A model generated the notes under the pieces. It did not search any database, was not told the DNA's origin, and saw nothing but the letters and a program-made list of their open reading frames with translations. Positions 1-11,899 of a stretch of DNA of 64,000 bases are shown here, piece after piece. The DNA is from Candidatus Thorarchaeota archaeon (GTDB lineage Archaea; Asgardarchaeota; Thorarchaeia; Thorarchaeales; Thorarchaeaceae), in NCBI GenBank assembly GCA_963726195.1, contig CAVSBO010000004.1, forward strand, positions 32,001 through 96,000. Direction: 5' to 3'. The position numbers were made by a program, and so were the translations under genes. The stretch's first letter is position 1, and each line of letters begins with the position of its first letter.

Positions 1-1
1 G

Positions 2-655
2 CATGCGGATCTCGATATTAGAAATGGAAACGCCACTAGCAAGTACGTCGTGGGCAAGTCCTTCAACACGGTTATCCACTGTGCCGCCCTGACTAGCATC
101 AGGTATTGTGAAGAACACAGGGAAGAGACCTACGACGTCAATGTCAATGGCACTCGGAACATTATTGAGGCACTTGCCTCTTCGGAAGCAAAAGGCCGCT
201 ACTTTGTGTACTTGAGCACGGCCTGTGTCTTCCCCGGCGATTCACCTGACAAATGCTATTCCGAGGATGACATCCCTTATCCGAAGAACTTCTATGCCCT
301 GACGAAGTTGATTGGTGAGCACTTCGTCAAGGGTTTGTCAAACAATCTCAAAGTCTTGGTCGTCCGGACGAACTTCATTGAGCGAGGCGAATGGCCATAC
401 CCGACGGCGTTCACCGATCGGTACGCGACCTACCTGTATTCGGACCAACTGGCCAAGGCAATCAAGGATCTTGTTACGAAGAAAACGACAGGGCTTGTGC
501 ACGTATGCGGGAACAAGCGCATGAGCATGTATGATTTTGCAAGGCTAACTGACCCCCGAGTCAAACCCATGACCATAAAGGACTACAGTGGGCCGCCCCT
601 CACAATGAACATGAGTCTCACATCAAGAAGAATTCCTTTGATCCAATTTGAATAG
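2..655 (+). CDS. rmlD: dTDP-4-dehydrorhamnose reductase-like SDR (5'-truncated by window edge)
   Basis: Frame is open from position 2 (HADLDIRN...). Motifs VIHCAALT, YLSTACVF, P.N.YALTK (YxxxK), VVRTN. Confidence 0.8.
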   Translation, partial: HADLDIRNGNATSKYVVGKSFNTVIHCAALTSIRYCEEHREETYDVNVNGTRNIIEALASSEAKGRYFVYLSTACVFPGDSPDKCYSEDDIPYPKNFYALTKLIGEHFVKGLSNNLKVLVVRTNFIERGEWPYPTAFTDRYATYLYSDQLAKAIKDLVTKKTTGLVHVCGNKRMSMYDFARLTDPRVKPMTIKDYSGPPLTMNMSLTSRRIPLIQFE

Positions 656-679
656 GCAACCGAGAGGAGCAAGTGAAAG

Positions 680-1606
680 ATGAGAATCCTAGTAGCAGGT
701 GGCGCTGGCTTCGTAGGCAGTCACCTTGTGGACAAGCTAGTCCAGCAAGGCCACAAGGTCGATGTCGTCGATGATCTCAGCAACGGCAGGCTCGACAACC
801 TCCAAGGTGTGATGCCCAAGATTCGTTTCCACAAACTCGACGTGTCCCATCCGTACGCTGATCAGTTTTCCAAAGATTCGTTTGATGTGATATACTACCT
901 ACCGTGCTTTCCTCGTAGCCAGAGTTTCGAGGATCCGAAGCGAGATGTTGAAGTCAACGTCATCGGCATGGTCCATACGCTTGAGCTCGCTCGGAAAAAC
1001 AAGTCCAAGGTCATCTTCAGTTCCAACTCCGGGATTTATGACACATCGAAGATACCGATTGATGAAAAGACAGCCGACAGCCCAAAGACCCCATATGACT
1101 TGGACAAGCTGCAGGCAGAGAGATTCATGAAGCTCTATCGAGAAGTCTACGGGCTGGAATTTGCGATATTTCGTTTCGCCACCGTCTACGGACCGAGGCA
1201 GAGCCTGTCGCCAACTTGGAAGCCTGTCGTTCTTGAATTCATTGCTCAGTTGATGAAAAATCGAAAGCCCACTATCTACTGGGATGGTGAGCAGACCCGC
1301 GATTTCATCTACGTTGCTGATCTCGTGGACGCCTTGGTGCTCGCATTGGGCAAGGAGGCAAATGGTGAGACCATGATTCTGGGCTCCGGAAAAGAAACTA
1401 GCATCAACCAGCTATTCCAGACGGTCTCACGGATTTTGGCAGTGAACGTTGAGCCCATCAGGGAACCGATGAAGCTTGGAGACATTCGAAGGATGCGGTA
1501 CGATTGTCGAAAAGCAGAACGCATTCTCGGGTGGAAGGCACGAGTCACTCTGGAAGAGGGAGTAAAGCGAATAATCGCGAGCGACCGGGAGCGCTTGTTG
1601 CGGTAG
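680..1606 (+). CDS. NAD-dependent epimerase/dehydratase (UDP-glucose 4-epimerase-like)
   Basis: GGAGFVGSH, DDLSNG, PYDLDK (YxxxK), VYGPRQ, DGEQTRDFIYV. Confidence 0.9.
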   Translation: MRILVAGGAGFVGSHLVDKLVQQGHKVDVVDDLSNGRLDNLQGVMPKIRFHKLDVSHPYADQFSKDSFDVIYYLPCFPRSQSFEDPKRDVEVNVIGMVHTLELARKNKSKVIFSSNSGIYDTSKIPIDEKTADSPKTPYDLDKLQAERFMKLYREVYGLEFAIFRFATVYGPRQSLSPTWKPVVLEFIAQLMKNRKPTIYWDGEQTRDFIYVADLVDALVLALGKEANGETMILGSGKETSINQLFQTVSRILAVNVEPIREPMKLGDIRRMRYDCRKAERILGWKARVTLEEGVKRIIASDRERLLR

Positions 1607-1658
1607 GCCGGTTCGTGGTCTACGCGCTTGGCTATACAGGACCTGATGTCGCGCCTAA

Positions 1659-3261
1659 TCATAGTTGAAGGCTCTGGTCCTCTTCTACAATTCGCCGATG
1701 CCGCCCAAGATGCTCGTAGAACCAAATCAGGCGATCGAGTCTTCCTTTGCTTGCCCGGGATATGATCTCCATTTCAGATGTAGTGAAACACGACAGAACG
1801 CCTGAAAGAATGAATAGCGTTGACAGCGTGATCCCAGCGATTATGAAGAGGTCTTCAAGGCTAAGTGGGGAATACCACACGGTGAGGAAGTACGTTATTC
1901 CCATCTGCAAGATGCCCAGTATAGCAACGCGGATCAAGGCTCCCCACCCTACTTGCCTGAGTTCCTTTGTCTGCGCCATCAGAAGCAAGAGAGTAATGGC
2001 GAAACTCATGGCTGTGGTGATCGCTATGCCCGCCATTCCTAGGACCTGTAGCCATCCCAAGACAGCAAACACGTAGTAGAAGGGAATTGCCGACAGGGCA
2101 TAGAACGCTTCGAAGAGAAGAAGCCGATGTGTCTGAGCTTTTGCCCCTATGAGGTTCAAGAAAACCGTGTTAAGAACGGTCGCTGCCATCATGATTGTTG
2201 CGAATGCAAGAGTAGTATTAGTCTCTGGACCTAGATACTGTGAGCTGGTGATTACCGACATGACCTTTGACCCACAGTAGATTAGAACGGGCGACACATA
2301 CAAGACTGCGTGCGCCAGCATCTTCAGAACGGTTCCCAGAGCTATTCCAACCCGTTCAGGCCTCGTCTTGAGCATCACGATTATGATGGGCGAAAAAGGT
2401 ATCATCAGGGTCATGATTGCGTCCGTCGCCATCGTGGTTACGCCGATAACAAGGTTGTAAGTTGCAAATACTGTAGTCCCGAAGAGCAGAACTGTGAAGA
2501 AATTGTTTATGGCTCCGCGAAATGAGTCAAGCACAGTGAGACCGATGATTGGTAGTGTGAATGCCATAGGTGCCGAGCTCGGCCATTTTGGATGGTAGAG
2601 CGATGCCTGACGTCTCAAACCTGAGGTCGGGATTGCCACAATTATCGTTAGGACATCAGCGATGATCCAGCCCCAGAAAATCATCATGAAGTCTCTAGTC
2701 AGAAGGTACATGCCAAGGGGAATGAGCTGGTAAGCTACAGTTCGCCCTGCTCCAACAACAACGCCACGCTCGATTCTCAAGTAGGAATTGTAGACCCCCA
2801 AGAACAGCTGAATGAGAGAGGCTGTGATGGAGAGGGGAATCATCATGATGATTCCTTGGTACAGTGAGCCACTGGACTCCTGCGAAAACAGAGGCCAGAA
2901 ATATGAAGCCGATTGCCAGAAGGGGCGCGAGCACTAGGCTTGCGATTATCCCGTATACAAACATGTGGTGTATGAGTACGTTTGATGCTTCTGGATCCTT
3001 CTCCGACAATCCCCTCTGTGTCATGACCCAGACGACCCACGGTATCGCGAGGCCAGTTACTAGGCTCGCACCGAGCGCTACAAAACTAACGAGACCGTAG
3101 AGATCCTTGCTTAGAATGTCGGGCTGTGTTATGATTTTAATCCAAATGAGCTGAGTTCCACGGGTAATTATGATCCGGCCCCAACCAAGCGATGTAGATC
3201 TCGCATAGGTCTCTGCCAACCCCGTTTGTTCCGAATTGGTTCCCGATCCCTTGTCGTTCAA
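1659..3261 (-). CDS. Oligosaccharide flippase (Wzx/MOP family), split by a frameshift near 2850
   Basis: Two consecutive hydrophobic ORFs (2695-3261, 1659-2846) totalling about 14 TM segments. N-terminal 'ILSKDLYGLVSF' pattern; adjacent to nucleotide-sugar genes. Confidence 0.7.
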
Positions 3262-3535
3262 TGAAGCACCTTCGTCTAGTTGCTACGCATTTCTTGGGAT
3301 AGGCGAACTGTGGCAGAGCATCAGAAAGGCTCTGAAATCCTCCTCTCTTCGTCCTTTAGGGGTCTTGGAATCGAGTGCGGCATGAGTGTGGGAATAAGCT
3401 TATCGGTCCTCTCCCAACCCACTGTCAATATCAGGTCAATCGGAAGGATTGACGGCTCCCGCTCGGACTGCCACCCAATGCTTGGATTCAGATGCACAAG
3501 TTCTGGCTAGTAGTCGATGTTGATTGGATGGAGAG

Positions 3536-4323
3536 ATGATGACGATCGACTCTCTTCTTATCCGGAAGGGTCTTGCAACAGCATTGCTCAAGCCCCGGGT
3601 CATTGTGCTCGAGACGGTCGACTCAACAAATGACATACGCGAAGAACTTGCTCGTACGGGCGGCTTGCACAAGACATAGTCATAGTGGCAGAAACACAGC
3701 AAGCCGGCCGTGGTCGACACAACCGACACTGGTACTCCCCTCCCGGCGGGCTATACATATCGCTAGCAACGAAGCCGCCTGTGCACAACAGGGATGTGGC
3801 ACTACTAGGACTGCTTGCAGGGTGTGCTTCGGCCAGTGCGATTCATCAGATGACTGGGCTTGAAGTAGGCTTGAAGTGGCCTAATGATATTATGATTCAC
3901 GGACACAAGGTTGGCGGCATATTGAGCGAAGTTGTCAATATATACAATGGGACAACGAGTGTGATTCTTGGAATCGGCATCAACCAGAATACGCACTTGG
4001 AAGACATGCCTGCAGAGCTCAGAGACAAAACCACAACCATCCTTGCCGAATCCGGCCTCGAAACCTCTAGAGAAGAGCTTGCTTACCGGATTGTCAATAG
4101 TATCGATTCACGGATGGCCGTGCTTGTATCCGACGCCTCACCATCATCGATTCTCGAGGAATGGATGAGGATCAATGTGACCATAGGAAAGAAGGTGCAA
4201 GTCGACGATGGAGAGCGTGTCATTGAAGGAGTAGCCACTGGAATAACTCCTACTGGTTCTCTCAAAGTCAAGGTCGGGCGCCGCATCATCGAGATTCAGG
4301 CTGGAGATGTCGCTCATGACTGA
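3536..4323 (+). CDS. birA: Biotin-[acetyl-CoA-carboxylase] ligase, frameshift near 3670
   Basis: ETVDSTND upstream, then AETQQAGRGR, WYSPPGGLYIS, LKWPNDIMIHGHKVGGIL, LGIGIN. Confidence 0.9.
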
Positions 4324-4396
4324 ACAAACCACATTGCATTTTCACATTCAGGAAATCACTCGTCCCGAAAGACCCTAAGACATAAGACTTCCGAGA

Positions 4397-5288
4397 ATGC
4401 CCAACAGCTGGGATTCTGCTTTGGGACCTACAACAGTAAAGATTGACGCGACTCACTTGGAACAGCTCCATCAGTTACTAATCAAAGAGTCTCAAGCTAG
4501 CGAGGTCAGGACCACCAACAAGTATGAGGCGTTTAGAATCGAACTTGCTGGCGGGTTGGTCATCGCTTACAAAACAGGCAAGATAGTGGTCAACGGAGAG
4601 AAGCTGCCACTCTCTTCTAAGCAAGGTCTTGGAGCGCATGGGACTCGAAGAAACAAGATACGACTTCATAATCGGTTCTGACGAAGCGGGCAAGGGTGAG
4701 TGGCTAGGTCCGATGGTCGTCGCCGCTGTGGCATTGACCGCAAAGCAGTCGGGAGTTCTGAGAAGTCTGGGCGTGATGGACAGCAAGGCTCTGAGTCAGA
4801 AGAAGATAGGAGCGCTCAAAGAGAGAATTCTCGGGAATGCAACGGCAGTCAAGACCGTGCTGGTATCTCCGCAGACATTCAATGAACGTATGGAGGAACT
4901 ACATGACGAGGGTAAGAGCCTGAACGACTTGCTGGCATGGGCTCATGCCAAGGTGATTGGTGAGGTTCACAGTCAGCTAAGTCGTGAGCATTCTGGTGCA
5001 CGGTTCGAAGTCGTAATCGACGAATTCTCAAAGCTGAAGACCGAAGAGCGACTCAGCCGGGTTCTCACGCTAAAAGAGGTGGAGGTTATCCAAAGACCGA
5101 GAGCAGAAGATGAGATGGCGGTTGCCGCAGCTAGCATTGTGGCGCGTGGACTGAGAGATGAATGGGTAGACAGTACATCAAAGCGGCTCGGAGTCGACCT
5201 GCTGAGTCTGACTCCCGAAGATGCCATGCGCCGCTCAGACCGACACAGGCTCGTCAAGACCAGCTATCTCAAGAAGCTTCGTGGATGA
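4397..5288 (+). CDS. rnhC: Ribonuclease HIII (TBP-like N-domain plus RNase H2-type catalytic domain), frameshift near 4620
   Basis: N-part 'VIAYKTGKIVVNG'; C-part IGSDEAGKGEWLGP, GVMDSK, VIDEF, VAAASIVAR. Confidence 0.85.
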
Positions 5289-5429
5289 GAATGGAGCTGG
5301 CATTGCCTACCATGTTTCTTTGTGTCTTCCCAAGAAATACCACATTGACCGTCTCATTGAGTCACTGGACGGCCAACTGAGTGTACTGCATCTGAATCCT
5401 TAAGTGAGAGCATCCTAGCCACTTGTTCG

Positions 5430-6503
5430 ATGTCGAGTTCTGTGAGCCAACAACCCCGATCCAAGATACGACTATTTGACAAGTTGCTGCCACTCTGGAT
5501 TCTGCTTTCAATGGTTGTCGGTCTTCTCCTCGGGTACTTTGTGCCGAGTATTTCGGGTATGCTTGACTACTGGAGATTCGATACGGTCTCATTGCCAATC
5601 GCAATAGGGCTGCTCTGGATGATGTACCCTGTGCTTGCGAAGGTCAAGTACGAAGAGCTCGGGAAACTCCGAAATGAGAAGAAAATGTTCGCAGTGTCCT
5701 TGTTCTTGAACTGGGTCGTTGGTCCCATGTTGATGTTTGTTCTCGCATGGACTTTTCTTTCCGACCTAGCGGACTATAGAGTTGGCTTGATACTGGTCGG
5801 ACTTGCTCGCTGCATAGCAATGGTACTAATCTGGAACATTATGGCGGGAGGAAACAGCGAATACTGTGCAGTCCTCGTGGCAATCAACTCAATAATGCAG
5901 ATATTGCTCTACAGCGTAGAAGCTTGGTTCTATGTGACGTTCCTTTCTGCGATTGTGGCTCCCGGCGGAGGCAGCATTGTACAGGTTTCAATCATCGACG
6001 TTGCAAAGAGCGTTATCATATTCTTGGGCATTCCTCTGATAGCAGGAATCATCACTCGAGTGGTCCTCATCAGAAGAAGAGGAAAGGAATGGTATGATGG
6101 TCGATTTGCGCCAAGGCTCGGGCCACTCGCACTCTTGGGACTACTTTTCACAATCGTTGTCATGTTCTCCCTGAAAGGCGGGGTTATCCTAGCATTGCCG
6201 TTTGACGTGTTCAGGATTGCCTTGCCACTGCTGTCTTACTTTCTTCTGATGTTCTTTGCTTCATTCGGCATCTCATATCTCTTCAAGTTCAACTATGACA
6301 AGAACGTCACTATTTCATTCACGGCGGCGAGCAACAATTTCGAGCTTGCAATCGCTGTTACCATCGGAGTCTTTGGCTTGAATTCTGGGGAGGCACTGGC
6401 AGCGGTGGTTGGACCCCTCATTGAGGTTCCAGTGCTGGTTAGTCTCGTTTACGTGGCTCTCTGGATGCGGCGAAGGATTTATGGAGAACAACAATTAGCA
6501 TAG
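5430..6503 (+). CDS. acr3: ACR3-family arsenite efflux transporter
   Basis: GLARCIAMV, AASNNFELAIA, VGPLIEVP; about 10 TM segments. Confidence 0.95.
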   Translation: MSSSVSQQPRSKIRLFDKLLPLWILLSMVVGLLLGYFVPSISGMLDYWRFDTVSLPIAIGLLWMMYPVLAKVKYEELGKLRNEKKMFAVSLFLNWVVGPMLMFVLAWTFLSDLADYRVGLILVGLARCIAMVLIWNIMAGGNSEYCAVLVAINSIMQILLYSVEAWFYVTFLSAIVAPGGGSIVQVSIIDVAKSVIIFLGIPLIAGIITRVVLIRRRGKEWYDGRFAPRLGPLALLGLLFTIVVMFSLKGGVILALPFDVFRIALPLLSYFLLMFFASFGISYLFKFNYDKNVTISFTAASNNFELAIAVTIGVFGLNSGEALAAVVGPLIEVPVLVSLVYVALWMRRRIYGEQQLA

Positions 6504-6564
6504 ACCTTTGCGTTTCCGCTCCGCGCTCGGTGATGTGCCGCGATTCTGTTTACGGTAACGTGCC

Positions 6565-7078
6565 CTACTTCTTCCAATAGTACACAAAGTCACAGCAGTC
6601 ATTGCCTTGCATGAGTGTCTTCGTTCGCTTCAACGCCACCTTCGGGTGAATGGCTTTCGTTGTCTCGAAATCATGTTCACAAAACCTGATGTAGCCCAAG
6701 TCCGTCGCATTCAGTGCCTTGAATACAGTAGCATAGATACACTGGGTCACGGTGCATGCACATTTGTCGGCGGTCTCTTCCGTGATTGAGACATCCTCCA
6801 TGCTGCTGTCATTCAGCTCGTCCACCCATCTTCTGACAAGGGCGCTAACGTCAGCGAAGTTCTTAATCGGCTTTTTCTCAGCTTGCACTGAGCTTCCTGA
6901 CCTCTTCCACAGCGCCGCGTTCCGACCACTTTCTTACGATGTCGTCGGCCTTCTCTTTTCCAATCACTCGTTCCATTTCGCGAATGATTGCGACTTCCTT
7001 TCCATGCATGTCGAGGAAGTGTTGTCTAACAGTGGTCTCAATACTCGTCTCGAACTTGTCGCTTCCTTTGGTGATCAA
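6565..7078 (-). CDS. L-2-amino-thiazoline-4-carboxylic acid hydrolase family protein (V4R-like fold), frameshift near 6885, start uncertain
   Basis: VTQCIYA, FCEHD, LKRTKTLMQGNDCCDF; N-terminal 'VIGKEKADDIV' helix lies in the adjacent frame. Confidence 0.75.
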
Positions 7079-7181
7079 TCTGTTTCCATCCCGTGTCTTG
7101 ACTGGCGTGACCCTTGAATATCGGGATAATATGGCTAGCGTTTCTTCGCTTACGGCTATCATATGGCATGCGTTTGCTATG

Positions 7182-9473
7182 TCATACATTGGAGCCGCTC
7201 GTAGATTGCGCCGCTGGCCCCTTGGCGGCTGGCAGGGTGATGACAAAAACGGTGCCCTTGCCGTAGTCATTTGGAACCCTATCCTCCACGGAAATGCTTC
7301 CTCCAAACGCCCGTACTAGCGCATAGACAACTGACAGGCCGAGTCCGGTGCCGTGGGCGCGGTCCATGTACCTCTCAAACAGCTTGGCCTTGCGCTCTGG
7401 CTCGATTCCACTGCTGTGGTCAGCAACTCGTATCTCCCACCAGTTCCGACCCTCGCGTATCACCAGCGAGATGATGGCATCAATCACGAGCTCACCTTTG
7501 GCATATTGTACGGAATTGTAGAACAGATTGAGGAAGACATCAGTGAGCAGAGAATTAGCTCCCACAAAGCACTGTCCCAGCTCTTTGTCGACGCTGAACC
7601 TTAGTCCTCTTGCAGTAGGAGTCCTAGCCACAATACGGTATGATTCGAGGATTGACTGCACAAGGTCCACCGGCACGAAGGAGCTTTCCGCCATGCGATC
7701 CACCATTCCAAGACGCCTGACGTTTCTTACCAAACTGTCAGCCCTCATGAGTTCGGAGTTTGCATCAAGAAGGGTCTGTTCCCTAAGCCCTGCGGGTAGG
7801 TCCTCGATTTCTAACAGATTCAGGCATACGAGAATCGCTTGGTGGTAGTTGGAGATGTCGTGAACCAAGAGATCGGCGAATAGGGTAGCCCTGTTCTGGG
7901 ATGACTCCGCTCTCGCTAGTTCCTTCACATAGAGAGAACCAAGGAAAGCCGGCCCAAACAGAAACGTCACTAACAGAAAAACCTCAGCAGCCCACCACCC
8001 CGAACTCCAATCCGCGTAATTGCCCTTGAGTATCGTTGGTACGACCAAGAGAATAAGAAACCCCACTGACATAACCTCTGCGGACACGCGGCCCCGTGAT
8101 TCCACGATTAGTGTCCAAGCCAGATATGTCACTGCGAACATCACGAGCACGTTCATACTCAATAGTAACGAAACTCCGATTGGACTCCCAGACAACCCCG
8201 AGATTTCTGACTCAAGGTATTTCTGAAGTGCCATCCCGACTATGTTCGTCAGAATGATCGACACGATAAAGAGAGCAACGAACCTTTCTCGGACGGGTGT
8301 CGCATCTGCTCTTTGTGGGACTCTCGTCCATTTGACTGCCAAAGGCAACAGAATGAGAGACAGAAGACCAGCTATCACGTAGGGTATTGTCGTTTCACTG
8401 AAGGCGGTATGATAGAAGACTGCACTTATTACGAGGGTGACTTGGGCCACTGACCATGCGATGAAGAGCCAGATAATGGGATATCTATTCATCGCTGGTC
8501 TCCGTTGATTGTAGGCTGAAACGAGAAAGGCCATCACTCCCGACATGACTGCAGCCCCAAGATGCGTCAAGTAATACGTCTCCATGCTTACGAATTGGAA
8601 AAAGGGCGCAACGACCTCCAGAAGAATCGTGACGAACACAGGAGTGAACACGAACAATGATGGTATGGAGGCAATCTCGTATGCACGCAGGCGTTTGACT
8701 CCCAGCTTAATCAGAACCGGTGAAGCCACGGCTACGTTCAATACGAACAGGCCTACGGCTCGCAGGATGAAAGCGAGACTCCAAATGGATGATGGGAAGA
8801 ACAAGGCAATAACGGAGGGAGCCCAAGAAACCCCAAAGAGAGTGAAGGCCACTGCCATCTGCCCGACATTGAATACTCTCATCCCAGCAGGCAGGCGTGA
8901 CCAAACAAGACCAGCCAGAGTAGTCGCGACTGCTGCCACAATGCCTAGGCAGAGGCCGACTGCGTACAGATATCCTTGAGTAACCTGAGTTATGACTAGG
9001 TAGTACAGGATGCCATGGGCACCGAGGCTCGCAAAAGGGATGATTACGATGCTGTACAGTCTTGAGTGCATGGTCCCGCTAGGTCTCCATGCGGCAGCGA
9101 GAATCAGGCACCCAAAAACAGCCACGTAGAGCAAATCACTTACCAGAATTGGAGGGGAGCTCATGGTATCAATTGCCGCCGGGTCGAATAGGACTCTGAC
9201 TGCGCGACCGATATTCACCACGGCCGAATACAGCAGAGCGGAATGCAGAATCGACTGGTCATGGTCGCCTCCGAGACTGGACTCAGCCAACGCGGCAGCA
9301 GAGCAGGTCGCAGAAAGATATGCGAGAAGCGAGTAGAAGACCACAGCTGTACGATAGACCGACCACGCGGGCAAAGCCAGCAGGTACCAAGCCGCACACA
9401 ACGGGCCGAAGATGGCAAACATGACCATGACCTGTCCAATCGCCATCTTTCCGGAAGATGAGGTCTGCGTCAT
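7182..9473 (-). CDS. Multi-TM sensor histidine kinase
   Basis: About 14-15 hydrophobic segments, then H-box LLVHDISNYHQ, N-box NLFYNSVQY, DHSSGI and GTGLGL. Confidence 0.9.
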   Translation of the reverse strand: MTQTSSSGKMAIGQVMVMFAIFGPLCAAWYLLALPAWSVYRTAVVFYSLLAYLSATCSAAALAESSLGGDHDQSILHSALLYSAVVNIGRAVRVLFDPAAIDTMSSPPILVSDLLYVAVFGCLILAAAWRPSGTMHSRLYSIVIIPFASLGAHGILYYLVITQVTQGYLYAVGLCLGIVAAVATTLAGLVWSRLPAGMRVFNVGQMAVAFTLFGVSWAPSVIALFFPSSIWSLAFILRAVGLFVLNVAVASPVLIKLGVKRLRAYEIASIPSLFVFTPVFVTILLEVVAPFFQFVSMETYYLTHLGAAVMSGVMAFLVSAYNQRRPAMNRYPIIWLFIAWSVAQVTLVISAVFYHTAFSETTIPYVIAGLLSLILLPLAVKWTRVPQRADATPVRERFVALFIVSIILTNIVGMALQKYLESEISGLSGSPIGVSLLLSMNVLVMFAVTYLAWTLIVESRGRVSAEVMSVGFLILLVVPTILKGNYADWSSGWWAAEVFLLVTFLFGPAFLGSLYVKELARAESSQNRATLFADLLVHDISNYHQAILVCLNLLEIEDLPAGLREQTLLDANSELMRADSLVRNVRRLGMVDRMAESSFVPVDLVQSILESYRIVARTPTARGLRFSVDKELGQCFVGANSLLTDVFLNLFYNSVQYAKGELVIDAIISLVIREGRNWWEIRVADHSSGIEPERKAKLFERYMDRAHGTGLGLSVVYALVRAFGGSISVEDRVPNDYGKGTVFVITLPAAKGPAAQSTSGSNV

Positions 9474-9753
9474 CGCTGCTAGCCCCCGGGCAGAAACCTA
9501 CGCTCTACAATATTCCTTGTGCAGCCGGAGGCGAGAGGACTCGAGGCATATTAAGTGAATTTGCGACAACCAATCTCTTGACGTCCGCTTCGAGGTGCCC
9601 GACTCTGCGGGTCTGGGCCATAAACGGAGGCCATCTCCGAGCCGGACCGAGACACCTATATCGGGATAAACGCGGCCTAGCGCTAACCGATGCGAGAGCG
9701 ATTGCTCTCGATATCAACGATCGGTGGGGATGTAAGCAAGAGGTTAGTAATCT

Positions 9754-11590
9754 ATGAAACTACCTACTTTTGACAGAAATCAGAAAGCGCTGTTCTTCTG
9801 TCTGTTTTGTGTCCTCTCTTTCGCGCTCATCGCCCACTACACGCAGAACAACTTCGGCACCATCAACATTAGCACAGTAAACATTGTTGATGAGAACGGG
9901 CAGTCAATAACAATGCAGATTTGGCGCCCCGCGGCTGCCACATCAAGTTCCCCGGCCCCCGCTGTTCTGTTGTTGCATGGCATGAATAACGACAAGGAGA
10001 CAGAAGCTACAGTAGCACTGGAACTAGCAAGGCGAGGATTCGTAGCAGTCAGCCTTGACCAGCTGAGTCACGGCGATTCTGGTCCAGTTAGCAATCCTCT
10101 ATTTCTTCTAGGTGCGTCCAACTACACACTCGGTGCTAATTCTGCATACCAGTACATGAAGAGCCTAGCTTTTGTTGACAACACAGAGATGGGAGTCGTG
10201 GGTCATTCGATGGGCGGGATGACAGCCAGAGTGGTTGCTATGATGAATCCAGACCATCGTGCGATAGTCATTCAGGCCGGTGGTCCGGACAACCTGACGC
10301 TGTACCCCGGCTTCCACAACTACCTGAATGTCTGGCCCTATTATGAGGAGCTCTTCACAGTCGCTCCAAGGGCTGTGTTCATGAACGAGAGCCTTCTGAT
10401 GGTAGGCTACAATGAACATCTAGGAACAGGAGTTATGGGAGCATATGACCACACATATGGTACATTCGCAAATGGCACAGCACACAGGTGCGCTCTTTGC
10501 CCCTGCACTCATCCTGGTTCAACATGGAACTCTAAGGCAGTAACAGAAGTCGTCGCTTGGATGTTTCAGGCTCTTTCAGGGTATTCTGAATCTGCGGCCC
10601 TGGCTGCGTCTGTTACTACTCAGACATACATGATAGTTCAGTACTCAGAGCTTGGCGCTCTCATCATGTCTGTCATTTCTCTGATACCCTTGACCGCCAT
10701 TCTTCTGAACGTGCCCTACTTTGGAATGGTGAAGACTTCCCTTCCGACGAAGGTATCGCTTACTGGCTTCAATTGGTGGAAGTACGCCTCACTCAATACT
10801 CTGATAGGTGGAGTCACATTCGTCGTTCTGCCCATGGTTGGGCTTCTAGGCGGGGCGGTTTTGGGCATTTTCGCTCCAATCTTCCTACTGGCGACTGCAA
10901 ACGGGTCTGTTCTTTGGCTGTTGGCGAACTTCCTGATTGCATGGCTGTTCTACAGGGAGTGGTACAAGAAACAGAGCACAGAGAATGGACTTACCCAGAC
11001 CGACGTCGGTCGCGTCGAGAGCATCAAGAACCCGGAGGGTCGTGAGATCGTATTCAGGACGATTGTCCTCGGGACACTCATGTTTGCATTCCTGTACGCG
11101 ATCGTGACCCTTTCAGTGTCCTATCTCGGGGTTGAGTTCCGTTACATGTGGCCAACATTCAAGGAGTTCACCCCACTCAGGTTCGGTCAGTTCTTGCTGT
11201 ACCTCATCCCGGTCTTGCCGTTCTTCCTCTTGAACGGGGGCACGTTGCTCTTCGGGATGCTGCGTCAGAATGAGACGAAGTGGCCGATCATCACACAGTT
11301 TGTGTGGTGGCTGAAGGGCCTCTTTGCAATGGAGGCCGGCCTGCTTGTAGTCTTCCTTGTGCAGTACTTGCCAATGTACACCTTGGGTACAGGTCCTATC
11401 ATAAGCTCAGCCTTAGGGATCGTATTCGGGCTGTATGGCGTGTTCTTAATGCAGATACTGCCTTGGTTCGCAGGCATGTTCTTCCTCAGCTACGGCACTC
11501 TACCGGATGACGGGGAGAATCTATCTTGGCACCATAATGGTCACCATACTCACCGTCTGGTGGATGGCAGTCAGCTCAATGCTGGTATAG
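9754..11590 (+). CDS. Membrane-bound alpha/beta hydrolase; C-terminal frameshift near 11490
   Basis: LLLHGMNN, GHSMGG nucleophile elbow, THPG; multi-TM C-half ending YRMTGRIYLG...MLV* in the shifted frame. Confidence 0.85.
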
Positions 11591-11610
11591 GATTCGTTCA
11601 GTAGTTTCCA

Positions 11611-11657
11611 CGCGGGTCGGACAGGTTCCGATCCGCGCCTGCTTTCTTTTGCTTTCC
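11611..11657 (+). terminator. Stem-loop followed by a T-rich tract after the hydrolase gene
   Basis: cgcgggtcgga-caggt-tccgatccgcg (11-bp stem, one G.U) then gctttcttttgctttcc. Confidence 0.55.
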
Positions 11658-11670
11658 AATGGTTGTTCAT

Positions 11671-11899
11671 AGAGGAACGCGGCGAGGAGACCCCCAACTT
11701 CAGTCGGGGGTGGAAACGCCGCCGCGGGATATACGAGTTTAAATGTGAGCTTGAAAAGTGAAGAGTCGTATCCGACCGTGGCAATGCTGTGGTCGGAAGG
11801 GCGCATGTCAACCGCCCGAATGTCGCACGAAATGACGAGGTAGAGTTCCTACCGCGGATCGCAGTGGCAAGCCTACGACTTTAGTCGCAGGTAGTTGAC
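11671..11899 (+). mobile_element. Non-autonomous IS200/IS605-family mini-element (PATE/MITE-like), no transposase or TnpB ORF
   Basis: Left-end palindrome cgcggcg...acccccaacttcagtcgggggt...cgccgcg (11678-11726). Right end aagcctacgactttagtcgcaggtagttgac (11869-11899) matches the usual IS605/IS1341 tnpB right end. Confidence 0.8.
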
